From contig NC_086104.1 of NCBI RefSeq assembly GCF_963921235.1, forward strand, positions 41,354,001-41,418,000: a DNA stretch of 64,000 nucleotides. The letters run 5' to 3'. Both the position numbers and the translations under genes were made by a program. The first letter of the stretch is position 1. Every line of letters starts with the position of its first letter. Under the pieces are notes generated by a model. It was not told the origin of the DNA and ran no database searches. It was given only the letters and a program-made list of their open reading frames with translations. Below are positions 1 through 12,599 of this stretch, in pieces. The DNA comes from Mobula hypostoma (lineage: Eukaryota).

Positions 1-295
1 TTCATTTCAAAATTCTGCGGGGGAAATGCTGAAACGCTCCGTTGTAACTCCTATGCTACATGAAAGTTGCAGAAGTTGTACCTTCTTTATAATATGGGTT
101 AAGTTTTGCCTAAGTACTCTATCTGTGCCTATCAGAACACTAGAGTAGAGAGGAAAGATTGAATTAAAGGCTTGGGAACTTGGGAAAAAAAATGGAGTAT
201 GTACACAACCTGTCAAATTCTGTAGGAAGTAACTTGGGAAGGTACATACTCATCGGAATGTTTCCTCTTATGCCCGCTGACTCGTGTTCCAGCAG

Positions 296-2935
296 CGGAA
301 TCAGATTTAATATCACCGGCATGGAATTTGTGGCAGCAGTACATAATACAAACTGTGAATTACTCTCTCGATATAAAATATATTTGAGTAGTGAGGTAGT
401 GTTCATGGGTTCAGTGTCCATTCAGAAATTGGATGGCAGAGGGGAAGAAGCTGTTCCTGAGTCATTGATTGTGTGCCTTCAGGCTCCTGTACCACCTCCT
501 TGATGATAGCAATGAGAAGAGGGTATGTTCTATGTGATGGGTATCCTTAATGATGGATGCCTGCTTTGAAGCACTGCTTATTGAAGGCAGTAGCAGCGCC
601 AGAGACCTTTTCTTGCTGGTGCTACAGTGGGGCTGAATTATTCAGTGGTGGTGCTGAGGGATGTACCCTGTGGTAACATGTATTCGCAAGGCCAGACGTG
701 TGGCGTTCAAAAGTCAGTTTCAAGCATTATGTGCCTACGATAAACGCCTCTGTCGCTTCACAAGCAACAACAATGAATAAATATAGTATAGAAATGAACT
801 GTGACAGTGTCAACAGCATCGTAGACAACTCGGGCTGCACAGAGCATAAACAAACAAACCAGCAGAGCATCCGACCCACAGCGCACAAAGTGTATCACGC
901 ACCAATCCTGCAATCAGCGTCAAATGCATGCTTTTCAACTGAAAAACACAACACTAACCCACAATGTCCACTGCTATTCACATTACATAGACAGACAATG
1001 CCAAAAGATATACCGTTATTAAGGTCAAATAAGGCAAACAACAGATGCAAGACTTTACCAGGAGTTGGACAAATTGTACTCTGACCATGCAATACCCCAA
1101 TTAATTCGGCTATTGAATTTAAAACAAAAATCAACAGAATCGCCGTTTGGAAGTCTAAGCAAAACCAGTCGGCTTAATAGAAGTAAATGTAATATTTTTG
1201 AATTTGCAGGAAACATAAGGACTATGGGGTATCCACCACAAAATAATAATAATAATCAGCATTAGTCTTGGACCAAATTTAAAATAAACAATTGCACTCA
1301 CCATTGATGTTTTCGGAGAAGCACAATCCATCTGTTGTTATGATTGGTGGTGAAAGCATCAATGATTTTCTGGACGTCAAGTGCCCTGGTCCTCCAGCTG
1401 TTTATGGCCAACAGGGCCAAGTTGCTGTTCCGAGCATCGCTGCTGTTATTCCTGAGGTAGTTTTTGAGGTGTCTGAGGCAAGAGAAACTCTATTCACAGG
1501 AGGCAGATGTCACAGGTAGAGTCAGTGATATGCAGATTAGTTTGTATAAATCTACAAATGCATCGCGGTAGGGTCTCATTAGAGCTAGAAATTCCACTGT
1601 GCCATTCACTGTCTGCCCTTGCTAGAGATTCAACCACTGCTCTCCTATACTCATGATTTTCTTGGACAATCTTTGCATGTCCTTTGTCAAGCATATTTCC
1701 TAATCTTGAACTGTCCTGTTTTATCAATTTGAATTCAGCCTGTGCCTCCAAACCAAACTTATGAGCTGCACTTACATGGTGGGTTATGAAAGCTGTTGTA
1801 GTTTTTCGCCAGTTGCGGTAACCGGTGACAGTGAAGGTAGACTCAGAATGGAACCCCTGTCCTCCACACAGGAAATGCCTGCATGCGAAGCAGAACGTAA
1901 TATCTTTCATGATCAAATATTCCAGTCAGTCAAACCAGCCACGAATAAAACTCCTTTGCTGATTACCAAGCTCTTGCGAGTAGCGAAGGGTACTTTTTCA
2001 ATGCTGGCCGACAGGGTCCTTCCTCAGACTACTGGCTAACATCGCTGACAGTATTCCCACTAGCACTAAGAGCAGCTTCATCCACGTTCTCTGCCGAACC
2101 CCACGCCATTTCTTGTAGCTCTACTTCGCCCTCACACTCCTTTGATGAACTACTGTCGTACTCATCCCCACTTACTTCTTTCTGCATGTCACTTTCAGTT
2201 AATACAGGCTCAGGCTGAGACACTACTGATTTCTCTGGATGAGGTCGTTTTCTCGCTAAAAATCGATCCATTTTTCACACCGGCCAAAATAATGCATGTG
2301 CCAGGCCCACGCTAGCTTGTAAAAGCACAATGTGTGTGTGTGGGGCCTCCGTTAGCTCGCGAGACCATGGATCTGCGCTTCGATGTAAACTATCAATCTC
2401 TCGCGTGAGTGACATCACCCCCTTAAGTGATCTTAGATCAGCTTAACTGATCTGAGGACAGCATCAGTAAGATATTGACAACAAATGAATAAGCAAAAGT
2501 GTAGAGTGGATCTGACATAGTTTATAACTTTATTACTGCGTGGGTGCTATGGTAATTGGGGGCGCTGTTTCACTAGATCAACTGGAGAAACAAGCTATAT
2601 TCAAAACTATACAGAGAAAGCAAAGCAACTGCAGTTAATTTCTTGGTGGTTCTACGCTGGTGCTATTGCAATTTCTGCTGGGGCTATAGCCTCAGCTAGC
2701 ACCACCTTAGCGCCGCCCCTGATTGAAGGTGTCCTTGATGCTGGGGAGGCTAGTGCTCATGATGGAGCTGACTGAGTTTACTGCTTTCTGCAGCTTATTT
2801 TGATCCAGTGCAGTGTTGATGCAGCCAGTTAGAATGCTGTCCAGGATACATCTGTAGAAATTTACAAGCGTCGTTGGTGACATATCAAATCTGAAAATCC
2901 TAATGAAATATAGCCACTGTTGTGCCTTTTTCAGA
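296..2935 (-). mobile_element. Degraded 3' portion of a Rex1/Babar-type LINE, split by the hAT insertion
   Basis: Reverse complement of the same 3' end seen in + copies (aggtacaggagcctgaaggcacac...aacagcttcttcccctctgcc; ...ctgattc tail). The sequence continues across the ATTGAAGG duplication. Confidence 0.75.
588..2721 (-). mobile_element. Internally deleted hAT (Tip100/ZMYM1-like) DNA transposon
   Basis: 8-bp TSD ATTGAAGG at 580-587 and 2722-2729, with imperfect CAG...CTG TIRs. Minus-strand remnants of a TTF-type zinc finger (FCFACRHF...GYRNWRK...H) and the hAT dimerisation domain (LTLPVTSASCE*SFSCLRHLKNYLRN). Confidence 0.9.
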
Positions 2936-4005
2936 ATCCTTTAATCAACTCATTTCTCAATTATATCACCCCTTTATGCATAAAAGGGTAGGTACATACT
3001 GAATCTTCCCAAACCAGAAGCCCTGGATGAATCAGGATTTAAGCAGTCTGCTGAGAGCTAGAACTGTGGTGTTCAAGACCAGCAATCCCGAGCCCTGCCA
3101 GAAGTTCAGATAGGACCTACAGGAGGCCATCATTAAAGCGAAAAGACGATTCTCTGTGAAGTTTGCGATACAATCGGATGTTGTGCCAGGGTTTGTACAT
3201 TACTTCCTCTAAGGCAAAATCTGACGGCATAAATGGCAGTGATGCTTCATTCCCTGTTGAGCTTAGTGCTTTTTATGCATACTTTGAACAGGAAAATAAC
3301 ACTGCACCTGTGTGAATCCCCACAGCCTCTAGCAAACTTGTGAACTCTATCTTGGAGACTGACATTAGAAGAGGCAACCTTTGCAAGTTGTCTGGCCCCA
3401 AAGGTGTACCTGGTGGTGTACTGAAGATCTGTGCTGATCAACTAGCTGGAGTGTTCAGAGACATCTTCAACCTCTCACTGCTGCAGTCAGAGGTTCCAAC
3501 CTGCTTTTAGGGCATTGATCATACCTGTGCCCAGGAAGAGCAGGGTGAGCGGCCTCAAGAACTATCACCAGGTAGCACTCACTTATTTGTGAGTAAGTGC
3601 ATCGAGAGGTTGGTCTTGCCTAGAATTAAGTCCCGCTCGAGCAAGCATCTGGGTCTGCTGCAATTTGCCTGCCCTGATAACAGGTCTACAGTGGATGCAA
3701 ACTCACTGGCTTTCCACTTGGCTCTGGAACATCTAGACAGCAGCAAAACATGCATCAGGCTGCAGTTTATTGATTACATCTGGGTGTATAATCCCTCAGT
3801 ATTAATCAACAAGCTTCTAAACTTGGGCCTCTATACCGCCCTCTGCAATTGGATCCTTGACTTCCTTATTGGAGACAACAGTCAATATGGATTACCAATA
3901 ATATCTCCTCCTCATTGTCTATATGGGTGCACTTCAGGAATGTGTGCTTAACTTACTGCTTTACTCTCTCTATACTCATGACTGTGTGGCTAGATATAGC
4001 TCAAA

Positions 4006-5601
4006 CAAACCCCATTTTCAGAAAAGTTGGGATATTTTCCAAAATGCAATAAAAGCAAAAATCTGTGATATGTTAATTCACGTGAACCTTTATTTAACTG
4101 ACAAAAGTACAAAGAAAAGATTTTCAACAGTTTTACTGACCAACTTAATTGTATTTTGTAAATATACACAAATTTAGAATTTGATGGCTGCAACACACAA
4201 CAAAAGTTGGGACAGAGTTAAAACAAGATTGAAAAGTGCACAGAATATTCAAGTAACACCGGTTTGGAAGACTCCACATTAAGCAGGATAATTGGTAGCA
4301 GGTGAGGTATCATGACTGGGTATAAAAGTAGCGTCCATCAAAGGCTCAGTCTTTGCAAGCAAGGATGGGTCGTGGCTCACCCCTTTGTGCCAAAATTGGT
4401 GAGGGAATTGTTAGTCAGTTCAAAAGGAACATTTCTCAACACAAGATTGCAGAGAATTTAGGTCTTTCAATATCTACAGTACATAATATTGTGAAAAGAT
4501 TCAGAGAATTCAGAGACATCTCAGTGCGTAAAGGGCAAGATCGGAAACCACTGTTGAATGCGCGTGAGCTTCGAGCCCTCAGGCGGCACTGCCTAAGAAA
4601 CGTCATGCTACTGTGACAATTGTAGCCACCTGGGCTCGGGAGTACTTCGGAAAACCATTGTCACTCAATACAGTCTGTCGCTGCATCCAGAAATGCATTA
4701 CACAAGGAGGAAGCCATACATCAACTCTATGCAAAAACACCGGTGAGTTCCCTGGGCCCGAGCTCATCTCAGATGGACCGAAAGACTGTGGAACTGTGTG
4801 CTGTGGTCCGATGAGTCCACATTTCAGCTAGTTTTCGGAAAAAATGGGCGTCAAGTTCTCCATGCCAAAGATGAAAATGACCATCCAGATTGTTATCAGT
4901 GAAAAGTGCAAAAGCCAGAATCTGTGATGGTATGGGGGTCCATCAGTGCCCATGGCATGGGTGAGTTGCATGTATGTGAAGGTACCATTGACTCTGAGGC
5001 GTATATTAGGATTTTAGAGAGACATATGTTGCCATCAAGGCGACGTCTCTTCCCGGGACATCCATGCTTATTTCAGCAGGACAATGCCAGACCACATTCT
5101 GCACGGGCTACAACAGCGTGGCTTTGTAGACACAGACTGTGTGTGCTTGACTGGCTTGTTGCCAGTCCAGATCTATCTCCTATTGAAAATGTATGGCGCA
5201 TCATGAAGAGGAGAATCAGACAACGGAGACCACGGACTGTTGAGCAGCTGAAGTCTTATATCAAGCAAGAATGGACAATTGCAAGAAACTTACAATTGCA
5301 AATCTACTACAATTAGTATCCTCAGTTTCAAAACGATTAAAAAGTGTTATTAAAAGGAAAGGTGATGTAACACAATTGTAAACATGCCTCTGTCCCAACT
5401 TCTGTTGAGTGTGTTGCAGCCATCAAATTCTAAATTTGTGTATGTTTACAAAATACAATTCAGTTGATCAGTAAAACTATTGATAATCTTTTCTTTGTAC
5501 TTTTGTCAGTTAAGTAAAGGTTCACGTGAATTAACATATCACAGATTTTTGTTTTTATTGCATTTTGGAAAATATCCCAACTTTTCTGCAAATGGGGTTT
5601 G
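4006..5601 (+). mobile_element. Full-length Tc1 (DD34E) transposon with frameshifted transposase
   Basis: ~210-bp TIRs (caaaccccattt...aaaagttggga) with inner direct repeats, and TA on the right at 5602-5603. HTH region, WSDES, FQQDNARPH-(34 aa)-SPDLSPIENVW; several frameshifts and stops. Confidence 0.95.
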
Positions 5602-6189
5602 TATGAATTTGCTGATGACACCACTGTTGTTGGCAGAATCTCAGGTGGTTTTCGAGTAAGATTGGTTGGTTGAGTGATGTTGCAACAACAACCTCACACT
5701 CAACCTCAGCAGGACCTAGGAACTAATTGTGGACTTCAGGAAGGAGAAGTTGAGAGGACACACATCAGTCCTCATTCAGGACTCTGCGGTGAGCAGTGTT
5801 AAGTTCTTGGATGTGTCCACAACTCAGGATCTGTCCTGGCCCAACACGTGGATGTACTCATGAAGAAGATACTTCAGTGAATATATTGTTTAAGAGTTTG
5901 AGGAGATTTGGAATGTCACCAAAGACAGGAGCAAATTTTTATAGATGTTCAGTGAAACACATTCTGAGTGGTCTTTTCACAGCTTGGTATGGAAGCTCCA
6001 GTGCATAGGGTTGCAAGAGGGTTGTAGACTTGCCCAGTTCCATCACAAGCACAACTCTTCCTGCCGTTGAGGACACTTTCAAGAGGCAGTGCCTCCAGAA
6101 GTTGGCATCCGTCATTAAGGACACTCACCATCTGGGACAGGCCTGCTTCACATTACCTAACTTTGGGGAGGAGGTACAGGAGGCTGAAG

Positions 6190-6907
6190 TTCAAGTTTAA
6201 TTATCATTCAGCCATGCGTGAATACAGCCAAACAAACCCTTGTTCTTCTGGGGCCAAGGTGCAAAACACAGTACCAACAGCCATACATGGCACAAGGCAC
6301 AGGTAGCACATATAACACACATAAAAAAGCAAGTAAACATGCAGTCACGCAAAAACTTAGCCCAAGTCCCTGAGTGGCATGTCCTGTAAATTGATGGTGC
6401 ATGGGTGTTATTGGCAAGAACAAGCAATTCTCAGCAGTCTGCAGGTGAACATATGCATGCATGCAATCCAGCTTGTCATTTCACTGATCGAACATTGGAG
6501 GGCAGCACTGATAGGAGAGGCCAGCACCAAACCCAGCATGGATGCCACGCTACACCACCTTTGCCATCTCCTCTCCTGGACAGCTGCAACAGGCGAGCAC
6601 GTGACTCGATGCCTGGCCCTTGCTACAACCAAGTTCACGCAGCTCCCCCTCCATCTGTCTCACCAATAAACAAGGGAAATGGACGCAGCATTTTACATTA
6701 TCAATGTCCAGCAGGATCTTGCGATCGCAAGAGAAATGTCCAATTCACTGTTAGACTGCACACTGCCTTCGTGCATTGACTTTGATGCCTTCCTGTAACA
6801 AGCAGCAACATGGTCCATATCAAGTTCAGCTCCTTCAGCTCACTGATGAGGCTGACTTGCAGTACCTGAATGTCCAGCATTGTCCTACGATCATAAAAAA
6901 GATGTTT
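6190..6907 (-). mobile_element. Non-coding retroposon (SINE-like, Rex1-type 3' tail) inserted in the Rex1 3' region
   Basis: It interrupts the host motif aggctgaag|agccacactc. Its minus-strand tail (tgaatgataattaaacttgaac) matches the tail of the Rex-like fragment at 35146-35480. Confidence 0.55.
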
Positions 6908-8559
6908 AAGAGCCACACTCAAAGTTTCAAGAACGGCTTCTTCCCCTCTGTCACCAGTTTTCAGAAAGGTGCATGAACACTACCACTTTATTCATCATTT
7001 GCTCTATCTATTTTTTTATTTTTAAATTTATAGTAATTTGTCTGTCTTGCACCACACTGCTGCTGCGAAACAACAAATGACCGTGATAATAAACCTGATT
7101 CTGATCATGATAAATTGTGCAGTTGTTATTATACCCAGTTGAATTAATAGATCTGAAATTAGTATTACTCCCATTGGAAACATGTAAGGAGACAAATCTC
7201 AAGTTTGTATATACCGTACGTACTTTGTACATTAATGACAAGTTTGTAGAGTAATTCTGAAATATGTCACTAGAGGGCAGATTTTGACTGCGCTATGTAC
7301 ACTGATATAACTTTTTGTCTTAATTGGCTGGATTAATGTTTGTCAGTGTTGTTTCAGGATGACTTGATTTCTCAGATCTAGTTCCTTTATTTATGTTTAA
7401 AAGGAACCCTTTTAGTCCGTGGACCAGTTTCTATATATTCTGCATGTGAGGTGTTTCTTTTCCTGCTGCTCCCTCAACCACTTTCTCTGCCATTCCTGGT
7501 TGAAAAAAACAGATTTAATACTGCGTTGCATTTCTTTGTGCTTTAGTTGAGGTATAGCTAGAGGCAGCACGCATGGTTATTACAGTGCCACAGACTGAAA
7601 ATATTTTGTTTTTATCAATTATTAGTTATTTAGTTATTAGAGAGAAAATACAACCCAGATATCACTGTGTACATTTAAGGCTGTTCCTGGGGAACAAATG
7701 GGTGGTTTAATGTTAAATTCATGCTGAGTAAATTATTACTCTCATTCTTTCCTGCTATCTGGACATATTGATCTACTTTCCTCAGGTTGGCCAGTGTTTT
7801 AAATCAATCAGGAGATTTCTTGGAAAGGGGCTAATCTATTCCCTCCGATTACAGCTATACTGATGGGTTGTTTGCATTACCTTTGGCATCTATATGTGTT
7901 GGACAAATGCCAATTGAACCATCAATTACTAACCTCTATAAGTATTTATAAGATATACCTGTATTGTAGAGCTATGTTTGTGTCTGTTCCTCTGTGCTGT
8001 TTTATGTAACAATGGACACAACATGCATTTACTGGTTTTGGTGAAGAGCATAAGCAGAGTTGTTTTTGGTGATTTAATTGTGTTAGCACTGCAATCCTGC
8101 AGAAAAGGTGCTAAATTAGAATAAAGCTGGAAAAGTGCCAAGTTGTCTGTTGTTATCCTCTTTAGTAGGCTGCAAGACTGATTAACCAGATAAATAGTGG
8201 ATGAACATTTAATTTAGAGAACTGTGAAAATGTATTCTCCCTCTGAGGTGTCAGGGAAGGCAACGTTGTCCAAATTACTCTTTTCTAAAGGGTTTTCAGG
8301 AAGCCATGGACCTGGATGCAGAAGCAAATAGAAGCAGTATTTGGCTAACAGGCCCCTCAACCCTGTTGTACTCTTCAATATGATCCGAGCTGACTTATAC
8401 AGGCCTTAATTCCTGTTTTAGTTCCCTGTAATTCTGTGTCCTTGATCTTTCAAATATTTGTCTATCTCCCCCTCAAATATATCTCATGATCTGGCCCCAT
8501 CCTCTCCTGATACAGAAAATTCCACAGATCTGCTACATTCTGAGAGACATTGAATTGGC

Positions 8560-9540
8560 AAGGCGTAGAAGGATATGGAGTAGGTTAAAAGATCAGCACA
8601 ACATAGTGGGCCGAAGGGCCTGTGCGGAGCTGTGATGTTCTGTGTTCTTTCTAATGTAGGTAAGTTACTGGAGAATATTCTGAGGAGCATGATGTAAATC
8701 ACTTGGAAAGATAGGAGGTGATTAGGAACAGTCAACATGGCTCATCAATTTGATCAAGCTTTTTGAAGAAGTAACCAAAAAGGACAGTGAGGGAAGGACA
8801 GTGTACATAGTATGTGTGCATTTTTGTAAGGCTTTTGATAAGGAGACACACAAAACTGCAGTCTGGAATCTGGAGCAACAGTTTTGCATGGCAAGCTTAA
8901 TGGAAAGTTAGCTTGCACGTAATCCAGGAAAAACCATCAAATTGGAGACACAGTTGGCTTGATGGTAGAAAGCAGAAGGTGGTGGTGGAAGGCTGCTTTT
9001 TGAACTGGAGGCCTGTTAACTGATGTTATGCCTTGGGTCAGTGATAGGCCCATTGTTACTTGTCATCTGTATCAATGATTTGGATGAGAATGTACTGAGC
9101 ATACAGAAATCATGATGATTCTAAAATGGCTTGTGTTGCAAACAGTGAGGATGGTTATCAAGAATTACAGTGAGATCTTGATCACAGGGAAAGTGAGCCA
9201 AGGAATGGCAAGTGGACAAATCCCGGTAAGACTTTCACAGTGGAGGGTATTGTAGAACAAAGATGTTATAAATGCATTATTTCCCTTAAAGTGGTGTCAC
9301 AGGTAGACAGGGTGGTGAAAAAGGCTTTTGGCACACTAGCCTTCATAAGTCAGGGAATGTAGAGAAATGATTGTGGTGTACCTGGATTTTACTAAGACAT
9401 CTGACAGTGGTAGGTTCACTCAGAAAGGCACTTGGGACAGGAAAAGTTTTGAGGGATATGCATGAAACTCAGGCAAATTGGACTAGCTTAGTTGGGAATC
9501 TTAGTTGGGTTGAAAGGCATGACTTGTGGCTCTAGCATCT
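8560..9540 (+). mobile_element. Heavily degraded CR1 LINE fragments
   Basis: RT-like remnants (caacatggct, aaggcttttgataagg, tatcaatgatttggatgagaatg) with many deletions. Confidence 0.7.
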
Positions 9541-9665
9541 TCCCAGTAATGGATGTTAATTTAGAGCAAAAAGACATACGCTAAAGTTTTTGCATCTGTG
9601 CAAGCAAAAAGATGGTTGATATTTTGGGGTGATACTCTGTACATTACTGATGCAAGGTTTTGACC

Positions 9666-12522
9666 TAAAAGTATTATATATGAATGCACGGAGTATAAGA
9701 AATAAAGTGGATGAGCTTGAGGCTCAGTTGGAAATTGGCAAGTATGATGTTGTGGGAATAACAGAGACAGGGCCGCAAGAGGACCAGGGCTGGGAAATGA
9801 ATATTCAGGGATATACATCCTATCGAAAGGACAGGCAGGTTGGCAGAGGGGGTGGGGTGGCTCTGTTGGTGAGGAATGAAATTCAGTCACTTGCGAGGGG
9901 GGACATAGAATCAGGAGATGTAGAGTCAGTATGGATAGAACTGAGAAACTGTAAGGGCAAAAAGACCCTTATGGGAGTTATCTACAGGCCCCCAAACAGT
10001 AGCCTGGATATAGGGTGCAAGTTAAATCAAGAGTTAAAATTGGCATGTAGCAAAGGTAATTCTATGGTTGTTATGGGGGATTTCAACATGCAGGTAGACT
10101 GGGAAAATCAGGTTGGTACTGGTCCCCAAGAAAGGGAGTTTGTGGAATGCCTCAGAGATGGATTCTTAGAGCAGCTTGTATTAGAGCCTACCAGGCAGAA
10201 GGCAATTCTGGATTTAGTGTTGTGTAATAAACCAGATTTGATAAGGGAACTCGAGGTAAAGGAGCCATTAGGAGGTGGTGACCATAATATGATAAGTTTT
10301 AATCTACAATTTGAGAGGGAGAAGGGAAGATCGGAAGTGTTAGTATTACAGTTGAACAAAGGGGACTATGGACCCATGAGGAAGGAGCTGGCCAAAGTTG
10401 ACTGGAAAGATACCCTAGCAAAGATGACAGTGAAACAACAATGGAAGGTATATTTGGGAATAATATAGAAGGTGCAGGATCAGTTCATTCCAAAGAGGAA
10501 GAAAGATCCTATGGGGAGTAAGGGGCGACCGTGGATGACAAGGGAAGTCAAGGACAGTATCAAAATAAAAGAGAGGAAGTATAACATAGCAAGGATGAGC
10601 GGGAAGCCAGAGGATTGGGAGACTTTTAAGGAGCAACAGAAGATAACTAAAAAGGCAATACAGGGGGAAAAGATGAGGTACGAAGGTAAGCTGGCCAAGA
10701 ATATAAAGGTGGATAGTAAAAGCTTCCTTAGGTATGTGAAGAGGAAAAAATTGTTAAGACCAAAGTTGGGCCCTTGAAGACAGAAGCGGGTGAAATTATT
10801 ATGGGGAACAAGGAAATGGCAGATGAGCTGAACAGGTACTTTGGATCTGTCTTCACTAGGGAAGACACAAACAATCTCCCAGACGTAATAGTGGCCAGAG
10901 GACCTAGGGTAACAGAAGAACTGAAGGAAATTTGCATCAGGCAGAAAATGGTGTTGGGTAAACTGATGGGACTGAAGGCTGATAAATCCCCAGGGCCTGA
11001 TGGTCTGCATCCCAGGGTACTTAAGGAAGTGGCTCTAGAAATCGTGGATGCATTGGTAATCATTTTCCAATGTTTTATAGATTCAGGATCAGTTCCTGCA
11101 GATTGGAGGGTAGCTAATGTTATCCCACTTTTTAAGAAAGGAGGGAGAGAGAAAACAGGCAAATTATAGACCAGTTGTCTGACGTCAGTGGTGGGGAAGA
11201 TGCTGGAGTCAATTATAAAAGATGAAATTACGACACATATGGATAGCAGTAGCAGGATAGGTCCGAGTCAGCATGGATTTACGAAGGGGAAATCATGCTT
11301 GACTAATCTTCTGGAATTTTTTGAGAATGTAACTATGAAAATGGACATGGGAAAGCTAGTGGATGTAGTGTACCTGGACTTTCAGAAAGCCTTTGATAAG
11401 GTCCCACATTGGAGGTTAGTGGCAAAATTAGAGCAAATGGTATTGGGGGTAGGGTACTGACATGGATAGAAAATTGATGGCAGATAGGAAACAAAGAGTA
11501 GATATTAATGGGTCCTTTTCAGAATGGCAGGTAGTGACTAGTGGGGTACTGCAAGGCTCGGTGCTGGGACCACAGCTATTTACAATATACATTAATGATT
11601 TAGATGAAAGGATTAAAAGTAACATTAGCAAATTTGCAGAGGACACAAAGCTGGGTGGCAGTGTGAAATGTGAGGAGGATGTTATGAGAATGCAGAGTGA
11701 CTTGGACAGGTTGGGTGAGTGGGCAGATGCATGATTATCTACTTTGGTGGCAAGAACAGGAAGGCAGATTACTATCTGAATGGTGTCAAGTTAGGAAAAG
11801 AAGAAGTACAACGAGACCTAGGTGTCCTTGTTCATCAGTCACTGAAAGTAAGCATGCAGGTACAGCAGACAGTGAAGAAAGCTAATGGCATGCTGGCCTT
11901 CATAACAAGGGGAGTTGAGTATAGGAACAAAGAGGTCTTTTGCAGTTGTACAGGGCCTTGGTGAGACCACACCTGGAGTATTGTGTACAGTTTTGGTCTC
12001 TAAATTTGAGGAAGGACATTCTAGCTATTGAGGGAGTGCGACGTAGGTTCACGAGGTTAATTCCCGGGATGCGGGACTGTCATATGTTGAAAGATTGGAG
12101 CGACTAGGCTTGTATACACTGGAATTTAGAAGGATGAGAGCGGATCTGATTGAAACATATAAGATTATTAAGGGATTGGACACGCTAGAGGCAGGAAACA
12201 TGTTCCTGATATTGGGGGAGTACAGAACCAGAGGCCACAGTTTAAGAATAAGGGGTAGACCATTTAGAACTGAGTTGAGGAAAAACTTTTTCACACAGAG
12301 GGTTGTGGTTCTGTGGAATGCTCTGCCTCAGAAGGCAGTGGAGGCCAATTCTCTGGATTCTTTCAAGAAAGTAAGATAGAGCTCTTAAAGATAGTGGAGT
12401 CGAGGGATATGGGGAGAAGGCAGGAAAAGGGTACTGATTGTGGATGATCAGCCATGATCACAGTGAATGGCGGTGCTGGCTCGAAGGGCTGAATGGCCTA
12501 CTACTGCACCTATTGTCTATTG
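9666..12522 (+). mobile_element. CR1 LINE, near-complete ORF2 (APE + RT), disrupted
   Basis: APE motifs (YMNARSI, GITET, GGGVAL, YRPP, GDFN, LDL, DHN) and RT motifs (QHGF, DFQKAFDKVPH, QGSVLGP, KFAED). 3' tail gcacctattgtctattg; possible TSD TTGACC at 9660-9665 and 12523-12528. Confidence 0.95.
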
Positions 12523-12599
12523 TTGACCATCCCACAGATACTACTTCACCCGCAATTCTTATTTTTTGTTCTAGGTTCCAGCATTTGTAGTCTCTTGTG

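Larger units (their letters stand above)
2990..7110 (+). mobile_element. Degraded 5'-truncated Rex1/Babar-type LINE containing a Tc1 and a SINE-like insertion
   Basis: RT remnants (KCIERLVL, NRSTVDA, LCNWILDFL, FADD at ~5608) and C-terminal TAWYG and GRRYRRL; 3' end aataaacctgattctga. Edges approximate. Confidence 0.85.

Noticed and set aside
698-1265. Plus-strand ORFs of 128 and 66 aa
   Set aside because: They lie in the hAT non-coding region antisense to the transposase, with no recognisable domain.
2341-2385. gcctccgttagctcgcgagaccatggatctgcgc as a separate nested RTE-like piece
   Set aside because: Too short and no TSD; it may be part of the hAT 5' region.
9646-9665. Degenerate Penelope ends (also ~12530-12600, ~25800-25900, ~52935-52975) as ribozymes
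   Set aside because: CUGANGA and GAAA cores are mutated or absent.
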